In this document: in pieces, positions 11,156 to 19,855 of the stretch
Layout of the letters: each line of letters begins with the position of its first letter
How positions within the stretch are numbered: the stretch's first letter is position 1
Source of the DNA: Bacillota bacterium
GTDB lineage: Bacteria > Bacillota > Limnochordia > Darwinibacteriales > DTU012
Length of the DNA stretch: 64,000 bases
Assembly: GCA_012520795.1 (NCBI GenBank)
Contig: JAAYNP010000005.1
Span: 11,050-75,049, forward strand
Direction of reading: 5' to 3'
The notes under the pieces: model-generated
The model's input: only the letters and a program-made list of their open reading frames with translations
Databases searched by the model: none
Told to the model about the DNA's origin: nothing
Position numbers and translations under genes: made by a program

Positions 11156-11760
11156 GAAGAATTATTGTGGTGGGACAGCCTAATGTAGGCAAGACCCTGT
11201 TTTCGCTCAATTTCGCAGAATTTCTAGGCATGCATACAGTAACCATCAATTTTGAGAGCTATGAAAGAGGCTGTTCCAGCAAAGTCATCACTATCGCAGA
11301 GGCTAAATCCCTTCTGGTGAGCGCTGCAGAGCATCAAACATTGGATATCCAGTCAATGGTGTTGACAATGCCTTGGGGTAAAAGCGCAAAACAATTTGAA
11401 CTCATTGATACGACCGGTCTTGCTGACAGAATTGACTTCGAACCACAGATCCGCAGAGCAATGGCGCAAACCCTTCATTTTATGCGCCAGGCTGATGTTG
11501 TTTTCCATCTTCTCGATTGCTTTAAAGTAGCCCAGCTGGGTTTTCTTAAGGGAATTGGCGAGATTGATTACCAGATTGCCCAGTATGGCCAGCTGAAAAA
11601 AGGATATGTTATCCTGGCAAACAAGATCGATCTCACACAAGCCAAGGATGGGTTGGCCAAAATCCATATGGAATTCCCCGGAAACAAAGTGATTGGGATT
11701 TCAGCTCTCGAAAAAAAGGGGTTCAAGGAGGTGAAAGAGATTGCCAAACAGCTTCTCTGA
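11152..11760 (+). CDS. small stand-alone GTPase (202 aa)
   Basis: G1 GQPNVGKT, G3 DTTG and G4 NKID motifs. TTG start is coupled to the spoVK stop (ATTGA overlap), with GGAGGTGG 7 nt upstream. Confidence 0.6.
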   Translation: MRRIIVVGQPNVGKTLFSLNFAEFLGMHTVTINFESYERGCSSKVITIAEAKSLLVSAAEHQTLDIQSMVLTMPWGKSAKQFELIDTTGLADRIDFEPQIRRAMAQTLHFMRQADVVFHLLDCFKVAQLGFLKGIGEIDYQIAQYGQLKKGYVILANKIDLTQAKDGLAKIHMEFPGNKVIGISALEKKGFKEVKEIAKQLL

Positions 11761-12334
11761 ATGGATTCAGATTATGCCTTCCGTTGGGGCGGTCATCTTA
11801 ACCGCAGTGGCAGTCAAATGGCTCGACGATTGTATCGACGAGGATAACCTCACGAATTCCATGCGAGGCGGGGCAGCCTACAGCTTGACGGCCATACTGG
11901 TGGCGTCTGTTTTGGATTTGCCGCTCACGATCGCTTTGTTTTCTGCATGCTTTATGATAGGGATGTTTTCCAGCATGACAATCAAGCTTCCATCGGGGTT
12001 GCCCGGATGGTTGGAATCTTCACTGCTTTTCATGTTTGCCAGCGTTTACAGTGGGTTAAGAACGGCCATCTGGGCTGTGCTGGTAATCTACTCTGTGCAA
12101 ATCCTCGATGATTTGCTTGACTATAACGCTGATCACCAGCGGTGCATTTTTAATCTGGCCCGGGCCATAGGTATTGAGCAAAGTATGATCTTATTTTTGT
12201 TTTGTTTTTACCTAAGTGTTGCCATCGAGCCAATGCTCTCGGTGCTTGTCTTATCTTCGGCTCTGTTTGTAGCCAATGTACTTTTTGACCAGAAAATAGG
12301 GGGGAAGCTTGATGCCCGAGTTGAACATGGTTGA
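11741..12334 (+). CDS. polytopic membrane protein with two Asp-rich motifs (UbiA-prenyltransferase-like?)
   Basis: AGGAGGTG lies 6 nt before the TTG start and overlaps the GTPase 3' end. Motifs LDDCIDEDN and LDDLLDYNAD sit about 95 aa apart within TM segments. Confidence 0.4.
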   Translation: MPNSFSEWIQIMPSVGAVILTAVAVKWLDDCIDEDNLTNSMRGGAAYSLTAILVASVLDLPLTIALFSACFMIGMFSSMTIKLPSGLPGWLESSLLFMFASVYSGLRTAIWAVLVIYSVQILDDLLDYNADHQRCIFNLARAIGIEQSMILFLFCFYLSVAIEPMLSVLVLSSALFVANVLFDQKIGGKLDARVEHG

Positions 12335-12551
12335 TTTTGGCATCCTTTTTCTGCTGTTCATAGTCTACGTCAGCTTCTCCCTCGGTTATGCGCGAGGACG
12401 AAAACGGGGCAATCATGAAGGCCGGGTTGAGAATCTTTTGGCGCTGAAAGAAAGATGTTTACTTTTGGGGCAATGTATCCTCTGTGGGTATATGCAGGAC
12501 TCTAACAGGGTTTTGGCGAAAAATGGTAACCAAGTAAAAGGCAGCGAGTGA
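12312..12551 (+). CDS. small hypothetical membrane protein (79 aa)
   Basis: ORF with one TM and weak context. It overlaps the end of the previous gene. Confidence 0.25.
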   Translation: MPELNMVDFGILFLLFIVYVSFSLGYARGRKRGNHEGRVENLLALKERCLLLGQCILCGYMQDSNRVLAKNGNQVKGSE

Positions 12552-12584
12552 TGATCAAGGATAGTGAAGGATAGTGGTTGCAAT

Positions 12585-13793
12585 ATGAGTATAGTACAAG
12601 AAGCCAAAGCAAAAGTCCGGGAGCAATGGGAGAGAGTCTCAGAAATAACAAGGATTAACCAGGCTAAAGTTTTGCGGGCGTTCCAAAGAAACCAGGTGGG
12701 AACCCACTGTTTCACCGAGTCGACCGGTTATGGGTATCACGATTTGGGCCGAGACGCTTTGGAGAACGTATATAAGTCCGTATTCAGAACCGAAGCGGCA
12801 CTGGTAAGGCCGCAGATTGTCTCAGGCACGCATGCGATCAACCTCTGCCTGTCAATTTTAAGCAACGGGGATGAACTGGTATCCATCAGCGGAGCTCCAT
12901 ACGACACTCTGCAGCAGGTTATAGGGATCAAAGGCAGTGCGCTGGCCAGCCTGGTCAAAAGAGGGATCCGGTACCGGGAAATCCCCTTGTCCAAGAATGG
13001 ACACTTGGACTTGGACGCTATTGCCAATAATATCACAAAATCTACAAAAATGGCCATGCTCCAGCGTTCACGGGGTTACAGCTGGCGCCCCTCCGTAACG
13101 GTAGCAGAAATCGGCAGGGCGTTCCAGATCGTCAAAAAAATCAACCCCGATTGCATTTGTTTTGTCGACAACTGCTATGGAGAGTTTGTGGAGATTCATG
13201 AGCCTTCGGAAGCCGGGGCTGATCTCATGGCTGGATCGCTGATTAAAAACCCAGGGGGAGGTTTGGCCCCAAGCGGGGGATATATCGTAGGCGACAAAGG
13301 GCTGGTGGAACTGTGCAGTGAGTATCTGACAGCGCCCGGGTTAGGATCTCAACTTGGGGCCACATTTAACCTTACCCGCCAGCTTATGCAGGGATTTTTT
13401 GTCGCGCCCCATGTGGTTGGTCAGGCTCTAAAGGGGGCAATTCTGGCGGCTCAGGTGTTCATGGAACTTGGCTATGAAGTTACTCCTTTGCCTGATGAAG
13501 TGCGTACAGACATCATTCAGGCGGTTAAACTCAAATCTCGGGACAAGCTGCTGGCTTTCTGCCGGGCAGTTCAAGCAATGTCTCCCGTTGATTCACAGGT
13601 TGTGCCTGTACCGGCTCAGATGCCGGGGTATGATGATGAGATAATTATGGCCGGCGGCACGTTTATACAAGGGTCATCAATCGAGCTCAGCGCCGACGGC
13701 CCGGTTAAAGAACCGTATATTGTCTACCTGCAGGGCGGCTTATGCGTAGAGCACGTCGAATTTGCATTGGAAGCAGTAATTGAGAAATTATAG
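12585..13793 (+). CDS. PLP-dependent C-S lyase family protein (YnbB / 'aluminium resistance' family)
   Basis: Cys/Met-metabolism PLP enzyme-like sequence. Position after the spoVK-GTPase mirrors Bacillus spoVK-ynbA-ynbB. Confidence 0.65.
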   Translation: MSIVQEAKAKVREQWERVSEITRINQAKVLRAFQRNQVGTHCFTESTGYGYHDLGRDALENVYKSVFRTEAALVRPQIVSGTHAINLCLSILSNGDELVSISGAPYDTLQQVIGIKGSALASLVKRGIRYREIPLSKNGHLDLDAIANNITKSTKMAMLQRSRGYSWRPSVTVAEIGRAFQIVKKINPDCICFVDNCYGEFVEIHEPSEAGADLMAGSLIKNPGGGLAPSGGYIVGDKGLVELCSEYLTAPGLGSQLGATFNLTRQLMQGFFVAPHVVGQALKGAILAAQVFMELGYEVTPLPDEVRTDIIQAVKLKSRDKLLAFCRAVQAMSPVDSQVVPVPAQMPGYDDEIIMAGGTFIQGSSIELSADGPVKEPYIVYLQGGLCVEHVEFALEAVIEKL

Positions 13794-13801
13794 GATTACC
13801 C

Positions 13802-13838
13802 AACCTTGTGCTGGAATTTGTCTGGCACAAGGTTTTTA
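13802..13838 (+). terminator. rho-independent terminator
   Basis: ACCTTGTGC-N13-GCACAAGGT followed by TTTTT. Confidence 0.7.
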
Positions 13839-13905
13839 ATTAAAAATTAAGCAGGATTTTACATTGTAACGTCGAATTATAATGGATAATTCGAGGAGGG
13901 AAATT

Positions 13906-14541
13906 ATGGAAGCCTACGCCAATCAGTTGTCGTCTCCTGCTGTTTCCTGGGACAAGCTATCTGATGAAGAAATAGCGTTGCTTGCCCAAAAGGGCAACCG
14001 AGAAGCTGAAGAGTACCTCTTGAGAAAATACCAGAAGATGGTGTACATCTGGACCCGGTCGTATTTTCTGCAGGGAGCAGAACCTGATGATGTGATCCAG
14101 GAAGGTATGATCGGACTGTACAAAGCAATCCGTGATTTTTCAATTGGAACCTCATCATTTTGGTCATTTGCCAAACTGTGCATTATCCGCAACGTAATCA
14201 GTGCCATCAAAGGTACGACCCGTCAAAAACACCTGCCGTTGAACTCCTACACCTCTCTGCACCGTCCTGTCAATGATTATGAAGGCGACCGCACGCTTTT
14301 GGAAACATTGACCAACCACCGAGTGGACGATCCTGAACTCCTGGCGATTAATCGAGAAGAGCTGCAGATTACCAGTAATACCATCAAAGCTATTTTATCG
14401 AAATTTGAGTACAATGTGTTTAGATTATACATTACAGGCTTCACGTACCGTGAAATTGCCGAACAGCTTCAAACCCATACAAAATCCATTGACAATGCTC
14501 TCTGCCGCATCAAGATGAAGATCGAAAAAAAGCTCATGTAA
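13906..14541 (+). CDS. sigH: SigH (Spo0H)-family RNA polymerase sigma factor
   Basis: Near-identical blocks to B. subtilis SigH (VIQEGMIGLYKAIRDF, TRQKHLPLNSY, DRTLLE, HTKSIDNALCRIKMKIEK). GGAGG lies 6 nt before the ATG at 13906. Confidence 0.75.
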   Translation: MEAYANQLSSPAVSWDKLSDEEIALLAQKGNREAEEYLLRKYQKMVYIWTRSYFLQGAEPDDVIQEGMIGLYKAIRDFSIGTSSFWSFAKLCIIRNVISAIKGTTRQKHLPLNSYTSLHRPVNDYEGDRTLLETLTNHRVDDPELLAINREELQITSNTIKAILSKFEYNVFRLYITGFTYREIAEQLQTHTKSIDNALCRIKMKIEKKLM

Positions 14542-14641
14542 GTATCCAACGTATCCCGCCTTCTTGATGTTCTAGCGCAAAGATGCGCACACTAAGTATT
14601 ATTAAGTAATAACACGCCTTTCTGCAGAAGGAGTGAAGATT

Positions 14642-15298
14642 GTGGCAGATTTGATGCCACCAACCATTGTTTTTCGACTGCTTCTGGCAGTTGTATTTGG
14701 GGGATTAATCGGCCTGGAGCGGGAGAGTCACGGCCGCCCGGCAGGTTTTCGCACCCACATCCTCGTATCCCTCGGTTCAACACTGGTCATGCTTATTTCC
14801 GCCTATGGACTGGAATCCATCAGCACTAATTATGATCCCGGCAGAATCGCAGCTCAAGTCATCAGCGGCATAGGGTTTTTAGGCGCAGGGACGATTCTGC
14901 GGGAAGGTGCTTCAATCCGCGGTTTGACCACCGCAGCGAGTTTGTGGGCTGTGGCCGGGATTGGGTTGGCTGTTGGAATAGGCATGTACTTTCCTGCCGC
15001 CGTCGCAACGATTTTGGTTGTCTTGACTTTGGTCTACCTAAACAAGTTTGAACTTGGCCATCATCGCTATTCCATGAGAATCACCGCAAGCGACCAAATT
15101 AACCAAATGGCAGCACTTTTTACGGTTTTTGTGCAGCACGGTATTGAGATTAGCCAGTTGTCCATCGACAATCAAAACCATGGCGTTGCCACCATTGAAC
15201 TGACGATCAGCGCGCCCAGAAAAGCCAAGCTCCGGGAGTTAGTAGTAAGGCTCAATGAACTCGAGGGCATCCAAGAAGCGGTGATCATTGAAGATTAG
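14642..15298 (+). CDS. mgtC: MgtC-family membrane protein with C-terminal ACT-like domain
   Basis: GGLIGLERE and RTHILVSLGS motifs. AAGGAG lies 8 nt before the GTG at 14642 (start could also be 14633 or 14654). Confidence 0.7.
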   Translation: MADLMPPTIVFRLLLAVVFGGLIGLERESHGRPAGFRTHILVSLGSTLVMLISAYGLESISTNYDPGRIAAQVISGIGFLGAGTILREGASIRGLTTAASLWAVAGIGLAVGIGMYFPAAVATILVVLTLVYLNKFELGHHRYSMRITASDQINQMAALFTVFVQHGIEISQLSIDNQNHGVATIELTISAPRKAKLRELVVRLNELEGIQEAVIIED

Positions 15299-15309
15299 GA
15301 GGAGTAGAG

Positions 15310-15783
15310 TGCGTTTTTTGATTACAAATGACGATGGAATTTATGCCGAAGGTTTGCGAACCTTAGTCGAAACGCTGACTTCGCTAGGTGACGTTTGCAT
15401 TGTAGCGCCGAATCAGGAGCGGAGTAGGTCACGGCATAACAGTCAATCGGCCGCTAAGGATTGAGAAACTCACGTTCTTTCCAGGTGTTGATCAATGCTA
15501 CATCATGGATGGTACTCCAGCCTGGGCTGCAGTCTCGGGATTAATCAACTTAAACATACCAAATGTACCAATAGAACTCATCTGCGGCTTTAAAGCAACA
15601 AAACTGGGTGTCAACAGGTATAAGAATGAGTTCGAAAAACGGCTGGACCCCAGGGGAAAGCCATATTAATGGATGAAAGGTGTCCATTTCAACATTGAAC
15701 GCACAGACGGGGATGACGATTTTTGTGCTGTGGAGCAGAATCTTGTGTCGGTAACACCCCTTCTGATTGACTTGACCGATTGA
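15310..15783 (+). pseudogene. surE: decayed 5'(3')-nucleotidase SurE
   Basis: The intact SD plus GTG encodes VRFLITNDDGIYAEGL...IVAPNQERS. After that come (a) a frameshift into GHGITVNRPLRIEK, (b) an internal deletion of roughly 100 codons joining ...SGLINL to NIPNVP..., and (c) a TAA replacing a Tyr codon in ...DPRGKPY*W..., with a truncated C-terminus. Confidence 0.65.
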
Positions 15784-15959
15784 TTATCAGGAATTACAAG
15801 CTTTACAATCACTGCTGGCTCAAACAGACTGAACAGTCTTGCCCCTACAGATTGACCACCGCCTTCGAATGTTATAAGTAGAAATCAAACATACTAACAG
15901 TAAAGAGATTTTCACTGTGATTTGAGTTGTCGCATATAATTCACCAAGGGGGGTTAACG

Positions 15960-16151
15960 GTGGGTAACGATGTGGTGAAGCTTGTTGCCGAATCCAACCC
16001 GGATGCTGGTTTAACATTGGCGTACCAAAACTCAGAATTCCTCGGATCGTTTGAACGTGATGGGCGTGTTTGCGACTATTATCTTGCTTTCACCGATTCC
16101 GGTACATTCTATTATTATATCCCGCGGGACGAAGCAAAAAAGGAAGAATGA
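15960..16151 (+). CDS. hypothetical small protein (63 aa)
   Basis: AAGGGGGG lies 5 nt before the GTG. No recognisable motif. Confidence 0.3.
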   Translation: MGNDVVKLVAESNPDAGLTLAYQNSEFLGSFERDGRVCDYYLAFTDSGTFYYYIPRDEAKKEE

Positions 16152-16251
16152 TTCAAAGGAAAAGCATTATTTAAGCAGCCAGTGAATCTAATATAGGTAG
16201 CGGGTAATGTACTGCAGTGTGTGTAAAAAACCTAAAGGGGGAATCAAGATT

Positions 16252-16635
16252 ATGATTGTGGTTGCCAAGGAAGACGTTCTCAAAGGGCTGAAGAAGTTCA
16301 AACGTCTCGCAAAACAGGATCTGCTCGTAAGTCAGTTTACTGCGGACCCGGACTTCTGGATCAGGCAGGCGGAAGGGCGCCGCAACACCTACAGCAATTT
16401 AATGGAGTTAGTGGATGAACATGGGGTAGACCATGCGTATCAATATGCTGTGAAAAAATACGCGAGTCTACCTTTTGTTTTTGCAGATAAAGAGGAAGAG
16501 GCTGAAGTAATTGGCAAGATTCAGGCATTTGAGATGTTCTTCACAATCTTGGGAGTGCAACCACCGGTAAGAAAAGAGCTAAAACCATCTAATGATTTTC
16601 AAAGACGTGATTTTGCTGCGAACGCGCCGCATTAG
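16252..16635 (+). CDS. hypothetical protein (127 aa)
   Basis: AAAGGGGGAA SD precedes the ATG. A terminator follows. No recognisable family. Confidence 0.4.
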   Translation: MIVVAKEDVLKGLKKFKRLAKQDLLVSQFTADPDFWIRQAEGRRNTYSNLMELVDEHGVDHAYQYAVKKYASLPFVFADKEEEAEVIGKIQAFEMFFTILGVQPPVRKELKPSNDFQRRDFAANAPH

Positions 16636-16655
16636 CCGATAGATATGGAAAAAGA

Positions 16656-16700
16656 AGAGCAGTCTGGAGAGTTCAGTTCATTCCAGACTGCTCTTTTTGC
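16656..16700. terminator. bidirectional intrinsic terminator between the 127 aa ORF and lexA
   Basis: AGAGCAGTCTGGA-N13-TCCAGACTGCTCT with T-runs on both strands. Confidence 0.75.
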
Positions 16701-16724
16701 TTCTCAGGTGTGCACTGGTGGTAA

Positions 16725-17363
16725 TTACTTGATGTTTCTAAACAGGCCGATCACTTTGCCGATAATCATCACGTCCTGCAGGATCATCGGTGCCATAGCC
16801 GAGTTTTCCGGCTGCAGCCGAATATGCGTTCCTTCGTGATAAAAGCGCTTTACGGTTGCTTCTTCATCTCCGACTAAAGCTACCACGATATCACCATTCT
16901 GAGCGGTGCTGGCCTTCTCGACCAGGACATAGTCACGATCAAAAATTCCCGCTTCAATCATGCTGTCACCTTTAATCCGGACCATGAAAACCTCGTTGTC
17001 TCCAACCAGGTCGGAGGGGACAGGGAAGTACTCTTCAATGTTTTCCACTGCCAAAATCGGTTCTCCTGCGGTCACTTGGCCTACGATTGGCACGTTGACG
17101 ATAGGCATTCGATAAACCCTGCTGCCTGAAGAGACGCCCTCTGCGTCAATAAGCACTTCGATAGCCCTGGGCTTGGTCGGATCCCGACGAATGTAGCCAT
17201 ATTCCTCAAGCTTACGCAAATGTGAGTGAACAGTCGAGCTGGAGGCCAATCCGACAGCGGCCCCAATCTCCCGTACAGAAGGGGGGTAACCTTTTAACTG
17301 TACCTGCTCGTGAATAAATTCAAGAATATGCCGCTGACGGGCACTTAAGGACCTCCGTTTCAT
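16725..17363 (-). CDS. lexA: LexA repressor
   Basis: N-terminal wHTH (RQRHILEFI...[10 protein letters not shown]) and a C-terminal S24 peptidase with Ser/Lys dyad motifs. GGAGGGG SD precedes the ATG. Confidence 0.9.
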   Translation of the reverse strand: MKRRSLSARQRHILEFIHEQVQLKGYPPSVREIGAAVGLASSSTVHSHLRKLEEYGYIRRDPTKPRAIEVLIDAEGVSSGSRVYRMPIVNVPIVGQVTAGEPILAVENIEEYFPVPSDLVGDNEVFMVRIKGDSMIEAGIFDRDYVLVEKASTAQNGDIVVALVGDEEATVKRFYHEGTHIRLQPENSAMAPMILQDVMIIGKVIGLFRNIK

Positions 17364-17397
17364 TGCAACCCCTCCAGAATTCGTTACACTTTTCTAT

Positions 17398-17427
17398 TAA
17401 TATAACATACTCAACCTGAAAAATCAA
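17398..17427 (-). promoter_or_regulatory. putative lexA promoter (TTGATT-18-TATATT) overlapped by a LexA box
   Basis: Read on the minus strand. The -35 element overlaps the CGAACTAGAGTTTG box. Confidence 0.4.
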
Positions 17428-17438
17428 ACTCTAGTTCG
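17425..17438. promoter_or_regulatory. LexA (Cheo) box 1, CGAACTAGAGTTTG
   Basis: Matches the Gram-positive SOS box consensus CGAAC-N4-GTTYG. Confidence 0.6.
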
Positions 17439-17457
17439 ATTTTATCAAAAAAAGGTG

Positions 17458-17486
17458 TTGACAAAACATATGTTCTGCATTATACT
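17458..17486 (+). promoter_or_regulatory. sigma-A type promoter TTGACA-17-TATACT for the LysM gene
   Basis: Consensus -35, 17 nt spacing, good -10. Confidence 0.6.
17464..17476. promoter_or_regulatory. LexA (Cheo) box 2, AGAACATATGTTT, between -35 and -10 of the yneA-like promoter
   Basis: GAAC-ATAT-GTTT core. Confidence 0.65.
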
Positions 17487-17498
17487 GGACACAAAGGC

Positions 17499-17511
17499 AA
17501 ACATATGTTCT
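17499..17511. promoter_or_regulatory. LexA (Cheo) box 3, AGAACATATGTTT, just upstream of the yneA-like SD
   Basis: Identical repeat of box 2. Confidence 0.65.
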
Positions 17512-17527
17512 GTAGGAGGTTAAGCTG

Positions 17528-17842
17528 ATGATAAGTATGAAGGCAATGTCCAAATCGCAAACACCACCAGAATTTGTTATACGGCTATTTACAGGCCTTT
17601 TGATAATCTGTACCACCATTGGAGCAGTCATGATAATTAGAAGCCTTGAGCCAAGAATGCAGATTCCTGTGCAGATTGCGAAGATCACCGTAGCATATGG
17701 CGACACACTTTGGAACATTGCTCAACATATTGCACCGGATATTGATCCACGGCGAGTAGTATGGGAGATTCAAACGTTGAACCAAATAGATACGCCGGAG
17801 ATTTTTCCCGGCCAGGTTTTAAAGGTGCCGGTCTATAATTAA
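17528..17842 (+). CDS. yneA: YneA-like SOS cell-division inhibitor (N-terminal TM plus LysM domain)
   Basis: AGGAGG lies 7 nt before the ATG. One TM followed by a LysM domain (GDTLWNIAQHI...PGQVLKVP). Divergent from lexA with LexA boxes, as in B. subtilis. Confidence 0.65.
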   Translation: MISMKAMSKSQTPPEFVIRLFTGLLIICTTIGAVMIIRSLEPRMQIPVQIAKITVAYGDTLWNIAQHIAPDIDPRRVVWEIQTLNQIDTPEIFPGQVLKVPVYN

Positions 17843-18146
17843 AGCCGATTTAAAGCCAATCCAACACAAGACATGAAACCATTCTCACATATGGAAAGGT
17901 CTGCCGCTGATGGCAGGCCACTTGTTTTTATCCACCTTGAAGACTACTCTTGGAAGCCTACTCTTGCACATGTCACTTCGTATAATAGATATTATGTAAA
18001 CTTAGATCTTGATAAAGAAGTTTTACATCTAAAAGGCGGCAATTCGCGTCCCTTCCGGTGGACGCCCGGCATACCCTACTGCGTTTATGGGCGCAAAGGT
18101 TATTTCTACAACCGCTGCTCCTGGTGGTCTTGTGTTTTCTTTATGC

Positions 18147-19808
18147 CTACCGTGCCAGAACCCAATCGCCGATTACCTGCAGAACCTGTCTATCGACTCT
18201 CCTGGATGGATCAGTATACGGCAGCGGTTCCCCATCAGTCATTTTCAGCACATGATCCACACCTTCAAAAATATGCAGTTCGCGCTGGCTTTCAGGAATG
18301 GCTTCCGCCAGGCGCCGAGCATCGTCAAGCTGAATCTGGACATCACCTGTCCCCTGAATAATCAGCGCGGGTACGTTCACTCCCGAAAGAACTAAAGCCG
18401 GGTCCGCTTTAAACCAATCTTTAAGCAACTCTTTTTGATACTCAAAGGACAAGATCAGCTGCTCAAACTCACCGGGTAGGCCATACAGACTCACATCAAA
18501 GCCCTTATCCCCGGTTACCGCAAGATACAGTTCGTCAAGGGCTGTATCCAACCGGCTGATTAAACCTTCATCGGCCAAACCTGCCGCAATGACCGCCTCG
18601 CTTTGCTGCAGCATCTGCCGTTTGACAGTATCAAAAAAGGGGTATCCGGCTCCGGCCAAAAGCCCTATTCCCCTTAAATCATCACGCCTCGCAGCTACTT
18701 CCGAGGCCAGCCAAGCCCCTTCACTGTGGCCGATAATGAACAGCCTTTCCGGATCCGCGAAGGGAAAGCCGGAAAGATAATCGACCAGGGCAGAAATATC
18801 ATTGATGTAATCAGCAAATGAGCTCACCGGCCCTGAACTTTCCCCCACACCCCGCTTGTCGAAGCGGAGCACGGCAATTCCCCGGGAACCAAGGTAATGA
18901 GCGATTTCCCGCAGGTAATTTGCGGGGCCGGGCATCACATAGCTGTTGCCATCCCGGTCTGTGGGGCCGGAACCGGCAACCAAAACAACACCGGGTACAG
19001 CCTCTGCATCATCCGGGATAGTCAGAGTGCCGCTGATCATGGCCTGTTCAACTTCAATTCGGAAATCCTCTTCGGAAAAACTGCAGCCTCCAAAATCCGT
19101 GAAAAACTGTGCCTGCTCAGGTTCTGCGTCCACTCCCTGGGCAATTATCTCAAAGGCCTGCATGGGAATATGCAGCTTGATCAATGTACGATCCGCCTGA
19201 TCCACCCATACATCGACTGCGACACCGACATCAACCTGAAAATGATCGGTGGTGGATCCCCCTACCGACTCCTCACCAATATAGCTGACAGTCATCGGCA
19301 GCATCCCGATCCCTTGGGGAATCAAGACCGGGACAAGCACATTGCTTTGGAGCACTCCACCGCTCTCCTTGTCGTAAATCCAGGTTGCCACCATGTAATC
19401 GGAAATTACATTGTTGTCCAATGGTAGGACATTGGCAGTGCCCAAGTCGACTGGTGATTCCTGGCCGCCTCCGATAATCGTGTAACGGGCAGTTTCGGTC
19501 CATTCAACATCCATGTTCAGCAAACCACCGGAAAGAATGGCATAGCTGTAACTTACCGGCCTTTTAGGAAACTCTCTGCCGCTGAATGCATAAGTGGTTT
19601 GGATTTCCACACCCAGATCAGGATAAGCCGTCATGGTGTTCATGAACGTATCTTCCCCGTTCTTTACGATCGAGATGGACACGGTTCCGATAGCACTGCC
19701 GGCCTGTTTGATCACATACTCTCTACTTGCCGCTTTTGCGGCCGTCGATACAAATATCACCAGTATTACAAGAAATACTGCTGCTCGCCGCCACGCTGTG
19801 ATTGACAT
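18147..19808 (-). CDS. secreted alpha/beta hydrolase with large N-terminal domain
   Basis: Signal peptide at the N-terminus. C-terminal hydrolase domain carries GHSEG nucleophile elbow, Asp and VDHVLK His motifs. GGGGAGGA SD upstream. Confidence 0.6.
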   Translation of the reverse strand: MSITAWRRAAVFLVILVIFVSTAAKAASREYVIKQAGSAIGTVSISIVKNGEDTFMNTMTAYPDLGVEIQTTYAFSGREFPKRPVSYSYAILSGGLLNMDVEWTETARYTIIGGGQESPVDLGTANVLPLDNNVISDYMVATWIYDKESGGVLQSNVLVPVLIPQGIGMLPMTVSYIGEESVGGSTTDHFQVDVGVAVDVWVDQADRTLIKLHIPMQAFEIIAQGVDAEPEQAQFFTDFGGCSFSEEDFRIEVEQAMISGTLTIPDDAEAVPGVVLVAGSGPTDRDGNSYVMPGPANYLREIAHYLGSRGIAVLRFDKRGVGESSGPVSSFADYINDISALVDYLSGFPFADPERLFIIGHSEGAWLASEVAARRDDLRGIGLLAGAGYPFFDTVKRQMLQQSEAVIAAGLADEGLISRLDTALDELYLAVTGDKGFDVSLYGLPGEFEQLILSFEYQKELLKDWFKADPALVLSGVNVPALIIQGTGDVQIQLDDARRLAEAIPESQRELHIFEGVDHVLKMTDGEPLPYTDPSRRVDRQVLQVIGDWVLAR

Positions 19809-19855
19809 AAAGGTCCTCCCCGCCAGAAAAATTTGGGCCTAACGGATTGTTGAGC

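Noticed and set aside
12556-12582. Tandem ~10-bp duplication (AGGATAGTGA/AGGATAGTGG) upstream of the YnbB-like gene
   Set aside because: Only two short copies. No spacer structure, so not CRISPR-like. Probably a slipped-strand duplication in the leader.
14542-14641. Expected an M-box (ykoK) Mg2+ riboswitch upstream of mgtC
   Set aside because: The leader is only ~100 nt, far shorter than an M-box aptamer. It contains only a short GCGCA/TGCGC hairpin.
17873-18361. 162-aa plus-strand ORF after the YneA-like gene
   Set aside because: It has no SD and overlaps the 3' end of the well-supported hydrolase gene. Its amino-acid composition is atypical. It is likely spurious.
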